Shown here piece after piece: positions 1 through 11,875 of a DNA stretch of 64,000 nt. The notes beneath the pieces are model-generated. The model did no database searches and was not told where the DNA came from. It worked only from the letters and a program-made list of their open reading frames with translations. Location of the stretch: the NCBI RefSeq assembly GCF_036365525.1, contig NC_090404.1:4092001-4156000 (forward strand), given 5' to 3'. How positions within the stretch are numbered: position 1 is the first letter of the stretch; each line of letters opens with the position of its first letter. The stretch comes from Heterodontus francisci (Eukaryota). Both the position numbers and the translations under genes were made by a program.

Positions 1-9
1 ACGGTGTCG
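1..9 (-). CDS. IGHM: Start of IgM CH1 (Cmu1) exon, truncated by window edge
   Basis: Minus strand reads ttctttcctAG|cgacaccgt. JH ends in phase 1 (g), so the splice gives GCG ACA CCG T.. = A-T-P-S, the N-terminus of shark IgM CH1. Only 9 nt are visible. Confidence 0.7.
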
Positions 10-1477
10 CTAGGAAAGAATGTCAAATTGAACAATTTAGACTGTGATTCATGCTTATTCAGTAACCAGACATCTCGCAATTCGACTCCAGCTGGAAACT
101 GATTCCAACATTTTCCGATTAAAACCTTCATCCACATTTGAGCTTCGATCAGTTACATCATTTGGTGATCATCACCTGTCGGTCCCCTGGTCAAGAACAC
201 ACCTCTCTTTCAGGACTTGTCACATTACAAAAGTAAGAGCCTTTTGAAGTTATCTCAATAAGGTATTTTTCATTGGATTAAACTGAAAGAGGAGTTTCCC
301 CGCTTTGTTCGGCCAATATTTATATCTAAATCAACAGCACTTGGTCAAAAAACACGCGGCATTTAGTTTTTGGAAATTTCTTCTCTGCAAATTGACATCT
401 GGGTTTCGCCGCACCTCCACCTCCTCCCAGCGCCCCTCCCCACCACCAGCAGAGCACCCCGCACCCCCCCAACCCCCACTCCCCCTCCAAAAAAATAGCA
501 ACTACTCTGAAAAAGTGCCATTGGAATGCGTGCTTATAAAATGAATTTAAGACTGTAAACTTGAATACCAGGCAAATTCATTCCATTATTTTCCCATAAA
601 AACCTACAATACATCTGAGCATGCTTATGACCCAGGGTGATAAATTCATAGACATGATAGCTGAGAAGAAGGCCATTCGCTCCATCAGGCCTGTGAAAGA
701 TGACTCCAGCGATCCCGCTGACCTTCCAATTCCTAATCTTCTTTTCAAAATTTCATTTTATCCAGCTATTTTAGATTCTATTTACAGCCCTCTTTCTGAT
801 AGGACATTCCAGATCCTAACAACCCCCTGTGTAGAAGAGTAGATTCATCCCCTCTTCCTTCATTCTTTTGACGCTGATTTTAAATCAGTGCCCTCTACAG
901 ACCAACTCACTGATCTGGGCAAATTGGTATCTGAATTTCTGTATAAAAAATTCATTATTCAAAACACCTCTAGCAGACTTCATTTTAATCTTCTATGTTC
1001 CCATAAGAATGAAGAACTTTTACAATAAATAGTTGAAGTCTACTTTAAAATATGGACTGAATCATTTAGTACACAGATTTCAGAGGGGAATTTTTACACA
1101 GCCTAGTTTCTGGAATTAAAGTTTTTAATGACTCGGCAATGACTCTAAGCTACCACTTTCCTTTTCAGTACTTGAAGATTGTGACTTCTGTTCTATATTA
1201 TTCGACTGAATGGATTCTCTGGAGTTTGCTTCTCCCTCCAACTCAAATAATAAACCGAATTAAATCCGATTCCTAAAAATCGGTCATTTGGACTGATGCG
1301 CTTTAAATGGTCCATTTAACTTTCCAAAGTATCTTCCCAGCCCTCACCAGTGAGAACTGGTGTTGCTGACTGTGTCGTTACAGACACATCTTCTTGCTGC
1401 TTGCACCGACAATAATGTGAACATCAGGACAGGTGTCTTCTACAAATATCTGATATTGTCATTACTTACACATTATA

Positions 1478-2123
1478 TGTCCTCAGTACCTTGCTCTACG
1501 GCAGCGAGGCCTGGACAACGTATGCCAGCCAAGAGCGACGTCTCAATTCATTCCATCTTCGCTGCCTTCGGAGAATACTTGGCATCAGGTGGCAGGACTA
1601 TATCTCCAACACAGAAGTCCTTGAAGCGGCCAACACCCCCAGCTTATACACACTACTGAGTCAGCGGCGCTTGAGATGGCTTGGCCATGTGAGCCGCATG
1701 GAAGATGGCAGGATCCCCAAAGACACATTGTACAGCGAGCTCGCCACTGGTATCAGACCCACCGGTCGTCCATGTCTCCATTATAAAGACGTCTGCAAAC
1801 GCGACATGAAATCGTGTGACATTGATCACAAGTCGTGGGAGTCAGTTGCCAGCATTCGTCAGAGCTGGCGGGCAGCCATAAAGACAGGGCTAAATTGTGG
1901 CGAGTCGAAGAGACTTAGTAGTTGGCAGGAAAAAAGACAGAGGCGCAAGGGGAGAGCCAACTGTGCAACAGCCCCAACAAACAAATTTCTCTGCAGCACC
2001 TGTGGAAGAGCCTGTCACTCCAGAATTGGCCTTTATAGCCACTCCAGGCGCTGCTTCACAAACCACTGACCACCTCCAGGCGCGTATCCATTGTCTCTCG
2101 AGATAAGGAGGCCCAAAAGAAGA
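1478..2123 (+). mobile_element. 5'-truncated RTE-clade LINE with 10-bp TSD
   Basis: Uninterrupted 192-aa RT C-terminus (LYGSEAWT...RLRWLGHV...CSTCGRACHSRIGLYSH), (GAA) tail; ACACATTATA at 1468-1477 and 2124-2133. Confidence 0.9.
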
Positions 2124-2139
2124 ACACATTATAAATCGA

Positions 2140-3445
2140 GTGAATATCAGTCGGTTCCATGGAAGGAAGGACAAAAGTTCCTGAAGTTTTATTGCTGACA
2201 TGGTCAACTCTCACTTCTGATTTGTGCGGATAATTCAAACACCTGAGGCCTATCCGTCAGATATTGGAAGCTCGCTCACCAATATGATGTGAAAGAGGAT
2301 GCCGGTTATGCTGGCGCAACAGTAGGACATATGGGCTTTCAAATGGCATTAGATAACATGTCACGTAAGAGAACATTCGGAAAATGGAAGCACGTGGATT
2401 AAAGGGGTCTCAGTAACCTTTTCAGGTATAGGAAACAGAGAGTGACGGTGAGCCAATGATTTTCTGACTGGAGAGAATTAAGCATTGTGATCCCCCCTTG
2501 GGTCGGTCATAGGGTCATTATTATTTTTGTTAAATATAATGACGTGGTATTGGGTATGGGGCGTAGAATTTCGAAGGTCAAAGACGATACTAAACAAATA
2601 GTGAGCAGGATAGTATCAGAGTTCAGAAGGACATGGGCAGGTGAAATGTTCAGAGACAGAGCAAATACAACTTCATGCGGTTAAATGTGAAGTGCTGGAC
2701 CTTTTGAGGAACAACACGGAAAGTTAATGCAATCTAAATGGTCCGATATTCAAGGGGTCGAAATGTAGAGGGACCAGAGTTGCATTTTCACAATGTTTTT
2801 TTTTCAAGGTCGTTAAGAAAGCGAATGGAATACTTGGTCTTGTAAAAGTAGTACGAATTACAAAAAACCAGTAAGTCATAATAAAGTATTACTAATCACT
2901 AATTAGGCTGGAGTATTTTTGCACAATTCTGGCTGTCACACTTTCGAAAGGATGTCAAGGCATTGGGGGGAGTGTAGAGGGAGTTTATCAGACTGATGCC
3001 AGGAATGAGGGAGTTCAGTTATATAGAGTTATTATACGAGATAATTGTTCTCGTCAGGCGATTACCGATTAGTTATGTTCAAAATTATGGGATGTTTTGA
3101 TATAGCAGGTAAGGAAAAACTATTTCCTCTGAAAAGTGGGTCAGTAACAAAATAATTAATTATCAAAAAAGAGCGTGGGCGGGTGGTGGCTGCGGAAAAA
3201 GGTTTCTTTCCTGACAGAGGGTGCTTTTCACAGAAGCAGAGAACGATTACACCACAAAAGGAGGCCATTCAGCCGGTCGTGTCTGTGCAGGATCTCTGCA
3301 GGCGCAACCAGACATATCCTCGAAGGACATTAATTTGCGTGGTTATGAGGGAAAAACTGGCTTGTAAGATTAAATTGGAGAGCGCTTTGAGAGCTAACAC
3401 AGGCATGACGGGCTGAATGGCCAAATTCTCTGCGAGAACTTTCTA
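2140..3445 (+). mobile_element. Old, decayed CR1-like LINE (RT 3' part)
   Basis: Degenerate similarity to the other CR1 copies (ctggagtat..caattctgg..cactttcgaaaggatgtcaaggc; gggctgaatggcc tail). Confidence 0.65.
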
Positions 3446-4109
3446 TCATTCTACCCGACTCAGTAGTATTAGTTATCCCCAATTTAATGGGACGAAAAGC
3501 TTCATAAAATTTAACATCTCTGTGACATATATTTTGTTGCTTTTTATAATGAAAGAGGGTTTTTAAAATAAGAGGTTCTGAGCAATTTCATTCAAATGAG
3601 TCAATGAGATACTGTCAGAGACTTAAAGCATATTGCGATTGACATTGATTGCAGGCTAATTGTATCACTTCAAAAATTTCACAAGAGCTTACTTCAGCGG
3701 CTGTGTGCCCTCTGCTGTGACACAATCCAATAATTGCCTCTCACCAGAGTTTATCACTGACTGTGACCTTTTGAAAATACTTGAACTAAATAATGATTTC
3801 AAACATGAGAATATCATGATGGTTATTCGGAGTGGGAGTCTCGACTATCTCCATTTCAAGCGCCAAAATAACTTCCAGTCTCCCATCAGATCAGAACAGG
3901 CGTTGGTCTCTGGAGCGTTACAATCACTTCCTGAAACTGTTTGTTCTGAAAGTGCACTCAAAATCAGGCCAATCGCATTCAATAATTATCTGAAACTTAA
4001 TATGTTTAAATATTATTAATACATTAAAATTTGGCCAAGAATTATTATTAAAGTCAATTCATGTGCGTTGTTTCATCTGGACAATTGAATAATTTATATT
4101 CATATATCT

Positions 4110-4565
4110 GGGTCGAGGACTCACAGCTTATGAGTTAGATGCAGATTGAGATTCCTTGAACACTGTGGGGAAAACATTCTCAGATCAGGTACAGGACAGT
4201 TAAGCTGCAAAGTAAAGATCCATCTATACGGCCCGATCATGAGTTGTAATCTCAGACATCGCAAGTGTTATATTCAGTAGAAAGCTGCCTCTACACTGCA
4301 CTGTCACTCTGGGTCAACTACAGCATCAGTTTAATATAAAATAAAAATTCCCTCTACGCTGTCCCATCAAATATATCCAGAACAGATTCAATCCGGTTCA
4401 GATACTGAGTAATTCCTCCCTCTACGCTGTCCCCATCAAGTAGTCCCAGGACAGTTACAATATAGATTAAATATACAGTAAGACTTCCTCTACATTGCCG
4501 AATCAATCACTCCCAAGGGAGGTACATTACTGATTACAAACTGACCAAATCTCCTTCTGCAGTCC
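4110..4565. repeat. Degenerate ~67-bp tandem repeat in the JH-CH1 intron
   Basis: cctctac(a/g)ctgtccc-like core recurs at about 4220, 4287, 4350, 4418 and 4486. Confidence 0.7.
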
Positions 4566-5708
4566 GTCTGTTGTGTCTCCGAACTGTTATTTCTGACTGC
4601 CACAGACTGGAATTATGATCTCATTGCTGAGGCGCCTCATCAAACTTAAAGTCAAACTTTTAGGTTTCTCGGGGGTACAAGTTTCTTAATTAAATGGATC
4701 AAGTTGCACTCCTTGAAATGAAACGAACCAGTCTGTTTGCAACCTGCAGGGAGGATTCCTCGTCCTGACACAGTGAGCAGGCGCACAGAAACAGAACAGA
4801 CACAAACGGTGCAACAATCGGGCTCTCAGCAGTTAGATCTGTTCAATTGTCAATTTCAATGAAGCTGTTTTATTCTAGTTCATCAATTGTCAAATTGTGA
4901 CCACTCCAAGTCTGTATACTCTTTGAAATTAAACTGATATTCATTTCAAAAACTCCCTTCGACCTCCAACTGTTTCTCCCTGTCTGTTTACAATCTTAAA
5001 AGCATGCCAGAAAGTTTCGCTTAAAATGAGTACATCAGAAGAATACACATTCAGGAAAATTAGATATCCATAACCAGAACACATTGACAGAGTAAGAACT
5101 TAGAAAATCAGGAGATATTTATCTTGCAAACTGATTACCCACTGATTTGACACAATTTCATAATTCAATTTTACAAAAAATAATAGTTGAACCACTGCTC
5201 AAAGTTAATTCATTAAAATCTGCGGTGATACTTGATTGAGCTGAGAACAGCTGAGTAAGAAATGTATTGTTCTCTAAGTTATTGACAGACATAATGAATT
5301 AATCTCTCCGATTCTTGCGATTTTGCACTCGTTGGAATCCTGGCAAGTATACTATTGAATTGTGGGAGGTCATTTATGTTTAGTGAATTAGCACTATTAT
5401 ATTCTAAGCTAATATTCATGTTCGCTGATTTTATACTGCATTTATCATTTATAAATAAATAAAAATAAATTAGTTAATATTACTTCAAGACCAGTTTCTG
5501 CCTGGCACCTTGTGAATTAATGGAGTTTTAATTAAGTCATTATGACACTTTATCAATATTAAATAATCAACGTCATATTAATAGATGAAAACCTTCAGAC
5601 AAATATATTACTTCATGCTGAAATCGAATCACAGTGCAATAATTTAAAATGAACAATAACTTCTAGTCCCGCCCTGCTTTCTCTCTACAAACTTGTAAAC
5701 TGCGCAGG

Positions 5709-5810
5709 TATCTGAATGCGTTGATATATTATAAGCTCCTTCCATTCTCAGTGAGTATTTCACACAATGGATTTAGCCTGGCCGGGGTCACATGTCACTA
5801 ACTGGGCTGC
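5709..5810 (-). pseudogene. Possible relic second JH with decayed RSS
   Basis: CACAATG(5763-5769)..cctggccggggtcaca..tcactaactgggctgca resembles the JH RSS (..cctgggctgggtcacacaataactggctctgca). Spacer is 25 nt and the coding part is decayed. Confidence 0.4.
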
Positions 5811-7392
5811 AACATCGCCTGTTTGTGAAAGCAGCTCTCCCGTGTTTAAATATCGTTATAAATCTTAACTTTATGAGATAAAATATCTGAAACATCCGGG
5901 CACTTTGTGATCAGTAACTGTGCTGCCACTATTTAATCACACGATGTTTTTAGATTTTACTCCCGTAATTCACACAGTCCCTGTAAATTAATTGCTAAAT
6001 ATATTGTGATTTTTATTGAAAGAAGTTCCAAAATGATCACTGCAAAACTGGACGTAAACAACTCTTTCAGATCATCTGTGACATTGAAACCTAATGAGCA
6101 AATGCAGCCGAGATTTGGCGGATCAATTTAATATTTATTAAGAATTCAGCATAACTCTCAGGTATAATCTGTTCTTTGTCTATCATTCCATCCTGCGTGC
6201 AGCACAACTATGGGAGACAGGATGTTGTTACTGAATTCAAAACTAACATTAAACTTTTGTAATTAATTGAATCTGCTTGAATTTCCAGGTGTTATTTGTT
6301 TGTCTTTAGCCTTACGCAGTCTGCAAGTTTCTTCAATTTAAATAAAATCATATGCACAATTCTTTGACTGCCATTGACCTCTTGTCCCAGGAAAATGGTT
6401 AATATTAGATTAGTGATAATTATCTCACTATCCAACAACAAATGACATTGAAGAAAGAACATGGAAGAACATGAACGCAAAGAATGTAATAACCGGACAG
6501 ATATATTACACTGACAAACTGCAATTTACAACGCCTATTTAAGTTGTCAGTAAATACAAGCTGACATTCACCTGTTTTAATCAGGAATATCACAATTAAT
6601 TTAAAAGCGCTCATTAACCTGAAAACAGCACTGGAATAAGTACACTCTTATTGAAATAATTTCAAGCATAATTAAAAATAGTCTCCAGCCGTAAAGTTTT
6701 CCGGTCACGACAATTGTGCGCTTGACACGCCAGAACTGTAAAAGACGATTCTTGAATAATGAATCGATCTTAATATGAAAGCATATTTGATTTATATGAG
6801 GACATATTGCCGCATTTTAATTGTTTGAATTGTATTAATTTTACTCTCCAATCTACAAAACTGCTACTTATTCAGTTTGTAATTGCAGTAACATTTCACG
6901 TATTGAAGGAGCGTCACAAACCATGGCTTAACAGTTCAATCTGCAATTATCATTTAAATTTTTTTAAATGCCTTGAAATATCCTTTTTTTTATTTCTGAA
7001 ATCTGCCTGTTATCCGGCTTTCGAATCGTCTTTGAAGCAGTTTCAAACAAATAGAATGTATCCATTTGATCAGAAAACCTGCAGCCGCTCGATGTCACCC
7101 GGCTTCAACAAAGCAGAAACGTCAAACGGTTTAACAAACATTCAGTCCCATCAACAAATAAACACCAAATCACATCAATCTGGAGCTGAATCCTTCAACA
7201 GCACCGTGTATAAAGAAACCATTAAGTTCTTTAATCCCTTTGCAGCAGAATCACATAAAACATTGCATAAAATTCGCAATATAGAATCCACCAAATCCAC
7301 TTTTCAGTGAACGAATATATCATTACAATAAACAGAAATATAAAATTAAAAACACAAATAAAACAGTTAATGAATAAATGTATGTTTCTTAC

Positions 7393-7440
7393 CTGCAGTC
7401 ACCGTCATCATGGTCCCTTGTCCCCAGTCGGCAAGATAGT
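7393..7440 (-). CDS. IGHJ: IgH joining segment JH (YLADWGQGTMMTVTA)
   Basis: WGQGT motif; GTAAGA donor at 7392; RSS heptamer CACAGTG 7441-7447, 23-nt spacer, nonamer ACAATAACT 7471-7479. Confidence 0.96.
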
Positions 7441-7805
7441 CACAGTGTTACATTCCCTGGGCTGGGTCACACAATAACTGGCTCTGCACAGGATAGTGAG
7501 AAATCCATTATTATTTTAAATATCCACACCCCAGAGGCAAAGTAAAATCTTGATGGTTCTTTGTAAAATTATAACTGCGTTAATAATTCTTTTCACTCTT
7601 TCTAAATTTCCCTGATGTTTTATATTTCACACAGTAACATATCAGCAATTATTGAAATCACCAACTGATGAATGAATAATTAATCCGTTTATCCATAATA
7701 AACCGTGCTAGGAGGACAGTGCTGGACACAAATAGAACTTCACTGTATATATAGTTGGATTGTCAAAGCGAGCACTGACCCAGACTCATCAATTAGTGCT
7801 GAGGG

Positions 7806-7874
7806 AGTTTTTGTATTGACAGTAACTGCTGTGCCACCCAGTATATCACAGTGAGACATACCGTGTCAAATACT
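7806..7874 (-). other. IgH diversity segment D2 (coding 7834-7846, ATATACTGGGTGG) with 12/12 RSSs
   Basis: AGTTTTTGT(7806-7814)-12 nt-TGCTGTG(7827-7833) and CACAGTG(7847-7853)-12 nt-TCAAATACT(7866-7874). Confidence 0.93.
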
Positions 7875-8186
7875 GCGGCGGACTGTTAACTGTAAAATAC
7901 AGAGATTACATTTCACAGCGCTCTCAAAAACATGATTCCGATTCCCCTAAGAGTACATCAGTGAGATAATTCAGTTTATACCAGTCATTATATTTATAAA
8001 GGAGATCGGAATATTTCTGAATCATCTGTGCTGATTTAGCGTGACAGTCAACATTAATAAAGCAGGAGACTTTTATGCAATTTTACAAATCTTTATTGCA
8101 TTTCCCCAATTTTTTATTTAATCCTCATTGTTTACGGACCATCCGCCGTGTTAGTGATCGCTGGTTTGAGCAAACTCCCTGTCTGG

Positions 8187-8267
8187 GGTTTTTGTATGAA
8201 GAACTCGCTCTGTACAGCACCGTGACCCACTGCTGTGCCCACAGTGACATGAACCTGCACAAATACT
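8187..8267 (-). other. IgH diversity segment D1 (coding 8225-8239, GGCACAGCAGTGGGT) with 12/22 RSSs
   Basis: GGTTTTTGT(8187-8195)-22 nt-CACCGTG(8218-8224) and CACAGTG(8240-8246)-12 nt-ACAAATACT(8259-8267); the typical shark D1 configuration. Confidence 0.93.
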
Positions 8268-8650
8268 GCACTCACTCTCTGTTCAGTACTGCCTCCCAAT
8301 ATTCACTTCAAATAAAAATTCACTTCTGATCTAATTCAGAATATATCCAAAAGTTTACACCATGCAGTAGTAATTGAACCAAGTAACTCCCTCCAGGTCT
8401 CAGTCACATTAAAACCAGCATCATATCCAGATCTGCAATTGCTGACACTGTTAACATTAAAAATCAGCACAGACAAAATTACTCATCAGTACTTCGGTTC
8501 GTGTCTTAGATTTGTACCATTGAATTTTCACTGTGCTAGTTCTGTGAGAGAGAGTCTATGGTCTGGTTCTGAACACTGCCATTAATATTGTATTTAATAA
8601 AATTACTGACCGTCAGTTCATGATGGAAGATATCGAATTCTCTCTCCATA

Positions 8651-8689
8651 TGTTCTTGTACATGTCCAGCCCTGGTTCCTCTCATTGTG
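8651..8689 (-). promoter_or_regulatory. VH 23-RSS
   Basis: Minus strand CACAATG-23 nt-ACAAGAACA directly after YYCARD. Confidence 0.93.
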
Positions 8690-8994
8690 ATCTCTTGCAC
8701 AGTAATATATAGCGGTGTCTTCAGACTTCAGGCTTTTCATGTCCAAAGCGAAGATGTTTTTTGAAGTGTCTTTGGACGCAGTAAATCGATCTTTAATCCC
8801 TGGGGCGTAGTAGTTGTTGGATGAACTGTAGTAGCTAACCAACCACTCCAGCCCCTGTCCGGGAACCTGCCGGAACCAGCTCATCCAGGTGCTGCCAAGA
8901 GTGAACCCGCTGGTTTCACAGGTCAGTCTCAGGGAGCCTCCGGGTTTCCCGGTCTCTGCCTCTGGCTGAGTCAACACGATATCCGAATGGACAC
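8690..8994 (-). CDS. IGHV: IgM-class VH exon, open frame ([25 protein letters not shown]...WFRQ...[11 protein letters not shown])
   Basis: Both Ig-domain Cys and the Trp are conserved, no stops, CAG acceptor at 8997-8995; framework typical of elasmobranch IgM VH. Confidence 0.97.
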
Positions 8995-9121
8995 CTGTAA
9001 AAAATATCAAAAACCCCGAGGATTAATCCTGGTGAAATGATTCCTGACTCTGTAACATTTCAGAGAGAGACTAACACTGATGCAGTAACAGCGAGAGACT
9101 TGGACAATAAAAACTACTCAC

Positions 9122-9167
9122 GGGATAAGAAAACCAGCAACAGACTGAGAGAAATCGCCGACCTCAT
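9122..9167 (-). CDS. IGHV: VH leader exon (MRSAISLSLLLVFLS)
   Basis: 46-nt exon with ATG at 9167, hydrophobic signal peptide, phase-1 GTGAGT donor; joins the V exon in frame (R-VHS). Confidence 0.95.
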
Positions 9168-9257
9168 CCTTCTGGCAATTCGGGGAAAATGGTTCTGGTA
9201 AGAACACACTGAGCAAACCGGCTCCCACACTGTTGTGTTGCGGTCTCAGTGACCGGC

Positions 9258-9376
9258 ATTTAAATACCCGGCAGAAGGGGGCGAGGTTACAGGCGCCGCC
9301 TATAGATTCCCTGATAGAGGCGGTTACTGGATCCACGTCCCACCTTCCACATCATCAACAGAATGGAGTGACATCA
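9258..9376 (-). promoter_or_regulatory. VH promoter: TATA-like TATTTAAAT (9258-9266) and CRE-like decamer AGTGACATCA (9367-9376)
   Basis: Motifs read directly. No ATGCAAAT octamer seen nearby, in line with shark VH promoters. Confidence 0.65.
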
Positions 9377-10937
9377 TTACACTGAGTTATTATTAAATGT
9401 GAACTTTTTATCTGTATCCAGGGATAGTTAATTGGCTGTATGGTTTCAATGCAATGTGTTACTTGGTACTAAATGGAACTGTTGCAGTGAGGAATGTGAC
9501 AGTAATAAACAAGTGCATTGTGGACTGTGAATTAAATCCCTTTATTTCCTCAACTCATCACAGGGGATGTGAATCATTAAGATTAAATTCCGTTACCAAG
9601 GTCAAACTTTACTGATAGTTTGTTTCAATTCATCTCCCATTATCTATCCCTTCGAAATATACCAGTGAAGTATCCCCAATAATTTGAATTGTTAACAATT
9701 TATGCAATTAAATGCGGGACATAAGGAAAGTGATTCTATTTTCAATTTGAATGGCTGTAGTTCTACGATTTCGGATCAGAATGAATAGAAACGCCTCGTA
9801 TTATACAAGTCTCTCTCTCTGTCTGCATTTCTCGAGCTGCTCCTGACGCCAGTCCTTTTAAAATTACCGAATGCAGAAGTCCGCTTGCCTTGACACGTAA
9901 AATTCATATCAGCTTTTGAAAAAGAGAATCTAGTGAATCAGAATCAATACGGTAATCAGGGAATCTATCCCTGATACCCAGATCATTGCAGCTAACATTA
10001 ATAAGGACAGACTGTTTAACACGCACTGGTATCAGGAACACAGTATATCAGGACTTAAAGCTATGCTACAAAATATCACAAAAAGAAACGCTTTATTTGT
10101 TGTGGAAACGGATCACAAACTGGGCATTTCTCTGACCACTGATATCTCCACTGAGAGGGATGGATATGCAATCCAAATTATCAGATATTAAACTGTCCGC
10201 AGCTGTTGTCAGTAATGAAAGAGTCTTTATAGTTTGAATGTTGAACACAGCTCTGTGAGAAAATTCAAGGAAATGCAGCGGGTTCAGAGCAATTCCACCT
10301 ATTTCTTTATTTAGTTTACGATTCCCAATTTTCTATTTCCGATGTGGGTGTGGGGGTCATTAAAATCTCTCTCTAGAACTTCATGCAGTAGAAATAAATG
10401 GTCTTAATGATCCAGAATAATATTTAATTGTCACGTGTCAATTTTTTATTTTGCGCTCCCAGTTTATCATGATATGAGCAGTGAGTTTACCGAAAATCAT
10501 TCTTTAGACGTGATACCGTGAAATGATTTATTTTTTGTAAGAGCGCTGCTGAATAGTTAATATTTAAATGGTTAAATGCCATCTTTGTCCATTCATATTC
10601 ACACTAATCTGCCCCACACAGTATTTGGCACCAACCCAGCCGACTGCCATCAGGGAGACTCAAACAGCAATGTCATTTACAGGAAGCATCTGGGGTTCTG
10701 TGCAGTAAATCAAAGATCTGTTTCCTCGTTACTGACCGCTTGGCTCCAAACCAACTTCAAACCCTTACCATTGTCAATGAGGCGAGTTCATAAACAAATC
10801 TGCCCAGCAACAATACTGGAGTTAATTTTATTTTTTTCAGTTGCTTGCCGAGGTGAACTGTTCCCATCTCTCAGCAAAGGAAATATATCCAGTGTCTCAG
10901 ACCCCCTTTTAGGACCAAAAGTCTGAGGAACTGTGCA

Positions 10938-11245
10938 NNNNNNNNNNNNNNNNNNNNNNNNNNNNNNNNNNNNNNNNNNNNNNNNNNNNNNNNNNNNNNN
11001 NNNNNNNNNNNNNNNNNNNNNNNNNNNNNNNNNNNNNNNNNNNNNNNNNNNNNNNNNNNNNNNNNNNNNNNNNNNNNNNNNNNNNNNNNNNNNNNNNNNN
11101 NNNNNNNNNNNNNNNNNNNNNNNNNNNNNNNNNNNNNNNNNNNNNNNNNNNNNNNNNNNNNNNNNNNNNNNNNNNNNNNNNNNNNNNNNNNNNNNNNNNN
11201 NNNNNNNNNNNNNNNNNNNNNNNNNNNNNNNNNNNNNNNNNNNNN
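10938..11245. other. Assembly gap (N run)
   Basis: 308 N. Confidence 1.
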
Positions 11246-11339
11246 AGAAAATACATTCTGGAATTGATAAATATGCTTGTTTGCGTGGATGGAGACATAG
11301 CTGCAACGATGCAGAGATGACTAGATGGTTGGATATCTG

Positions 11340-11875
11340 AATAAAAGCAAAATACTGCTGATGCTGAAAATCTGACATCAAAGTGGAAAGTGTTGGACAT
11401 ACTCAGCAGGTCTGGCAGCAACTGTGGAGAAAGAAACAGAGTTAACATTTAACGTCTGTGCACTAGGTGACACAGTGGCGCAGTGGTTAGCACTGCAGCC
11501 TCACAATTCCAGTGACCTGGATTCGGGTACTGCCTCTGTGGAGTTCTCCTTGTGACCGCGTGGGCTTCTGCCGGGTACTCTGGTTTCTTCCCACAGCCAA
11601 AGACTTGCAGGTCAATGGGCAAATTGGCGATTGTAAATTACTCCGTGTGGGTATGTGGCAGGGAATATGGGATTAATGTAGGATTAGTATAAATGGGTGG
11701 TTGTTGGTTGGCACAGACTCGGTGAGCCGAAGGGCCAGTTTCAGTGCTGTTTGCTTCTCCATAAACTTTCATCAGAACTGACAAAGGTTAGACATGTAAT
11801 AGGCTGTGTGAAAGTGGTGGGGTTGGTGAGGAATAGAACAAAAGGGAAGGTTTGGCACAGAGCAGAAGAGATCTC
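11340..11875. mobile_element. Penelope-like terminal-repeat remnant (minus) interrupted by an HE1-like tRNA-derived SINE (~11465-11760, plus)
   Basis: cacagtggcgcagtggttagcac SINE head sits inside the actcagcaggtctggcagc..ctttcatcagaactg repeat. Confidence 0.75.

Noticed and set aside
4769-4808. CACAGTG followed by ACACAAACG
   Set aside because: Spacer is 24 nt, and no V, D or J coding sequence adjoins it.
10788-11448. Long ORFs spanning X runs (also 25394-25663)
   Set aside because: Artefacts of assembly gaps.
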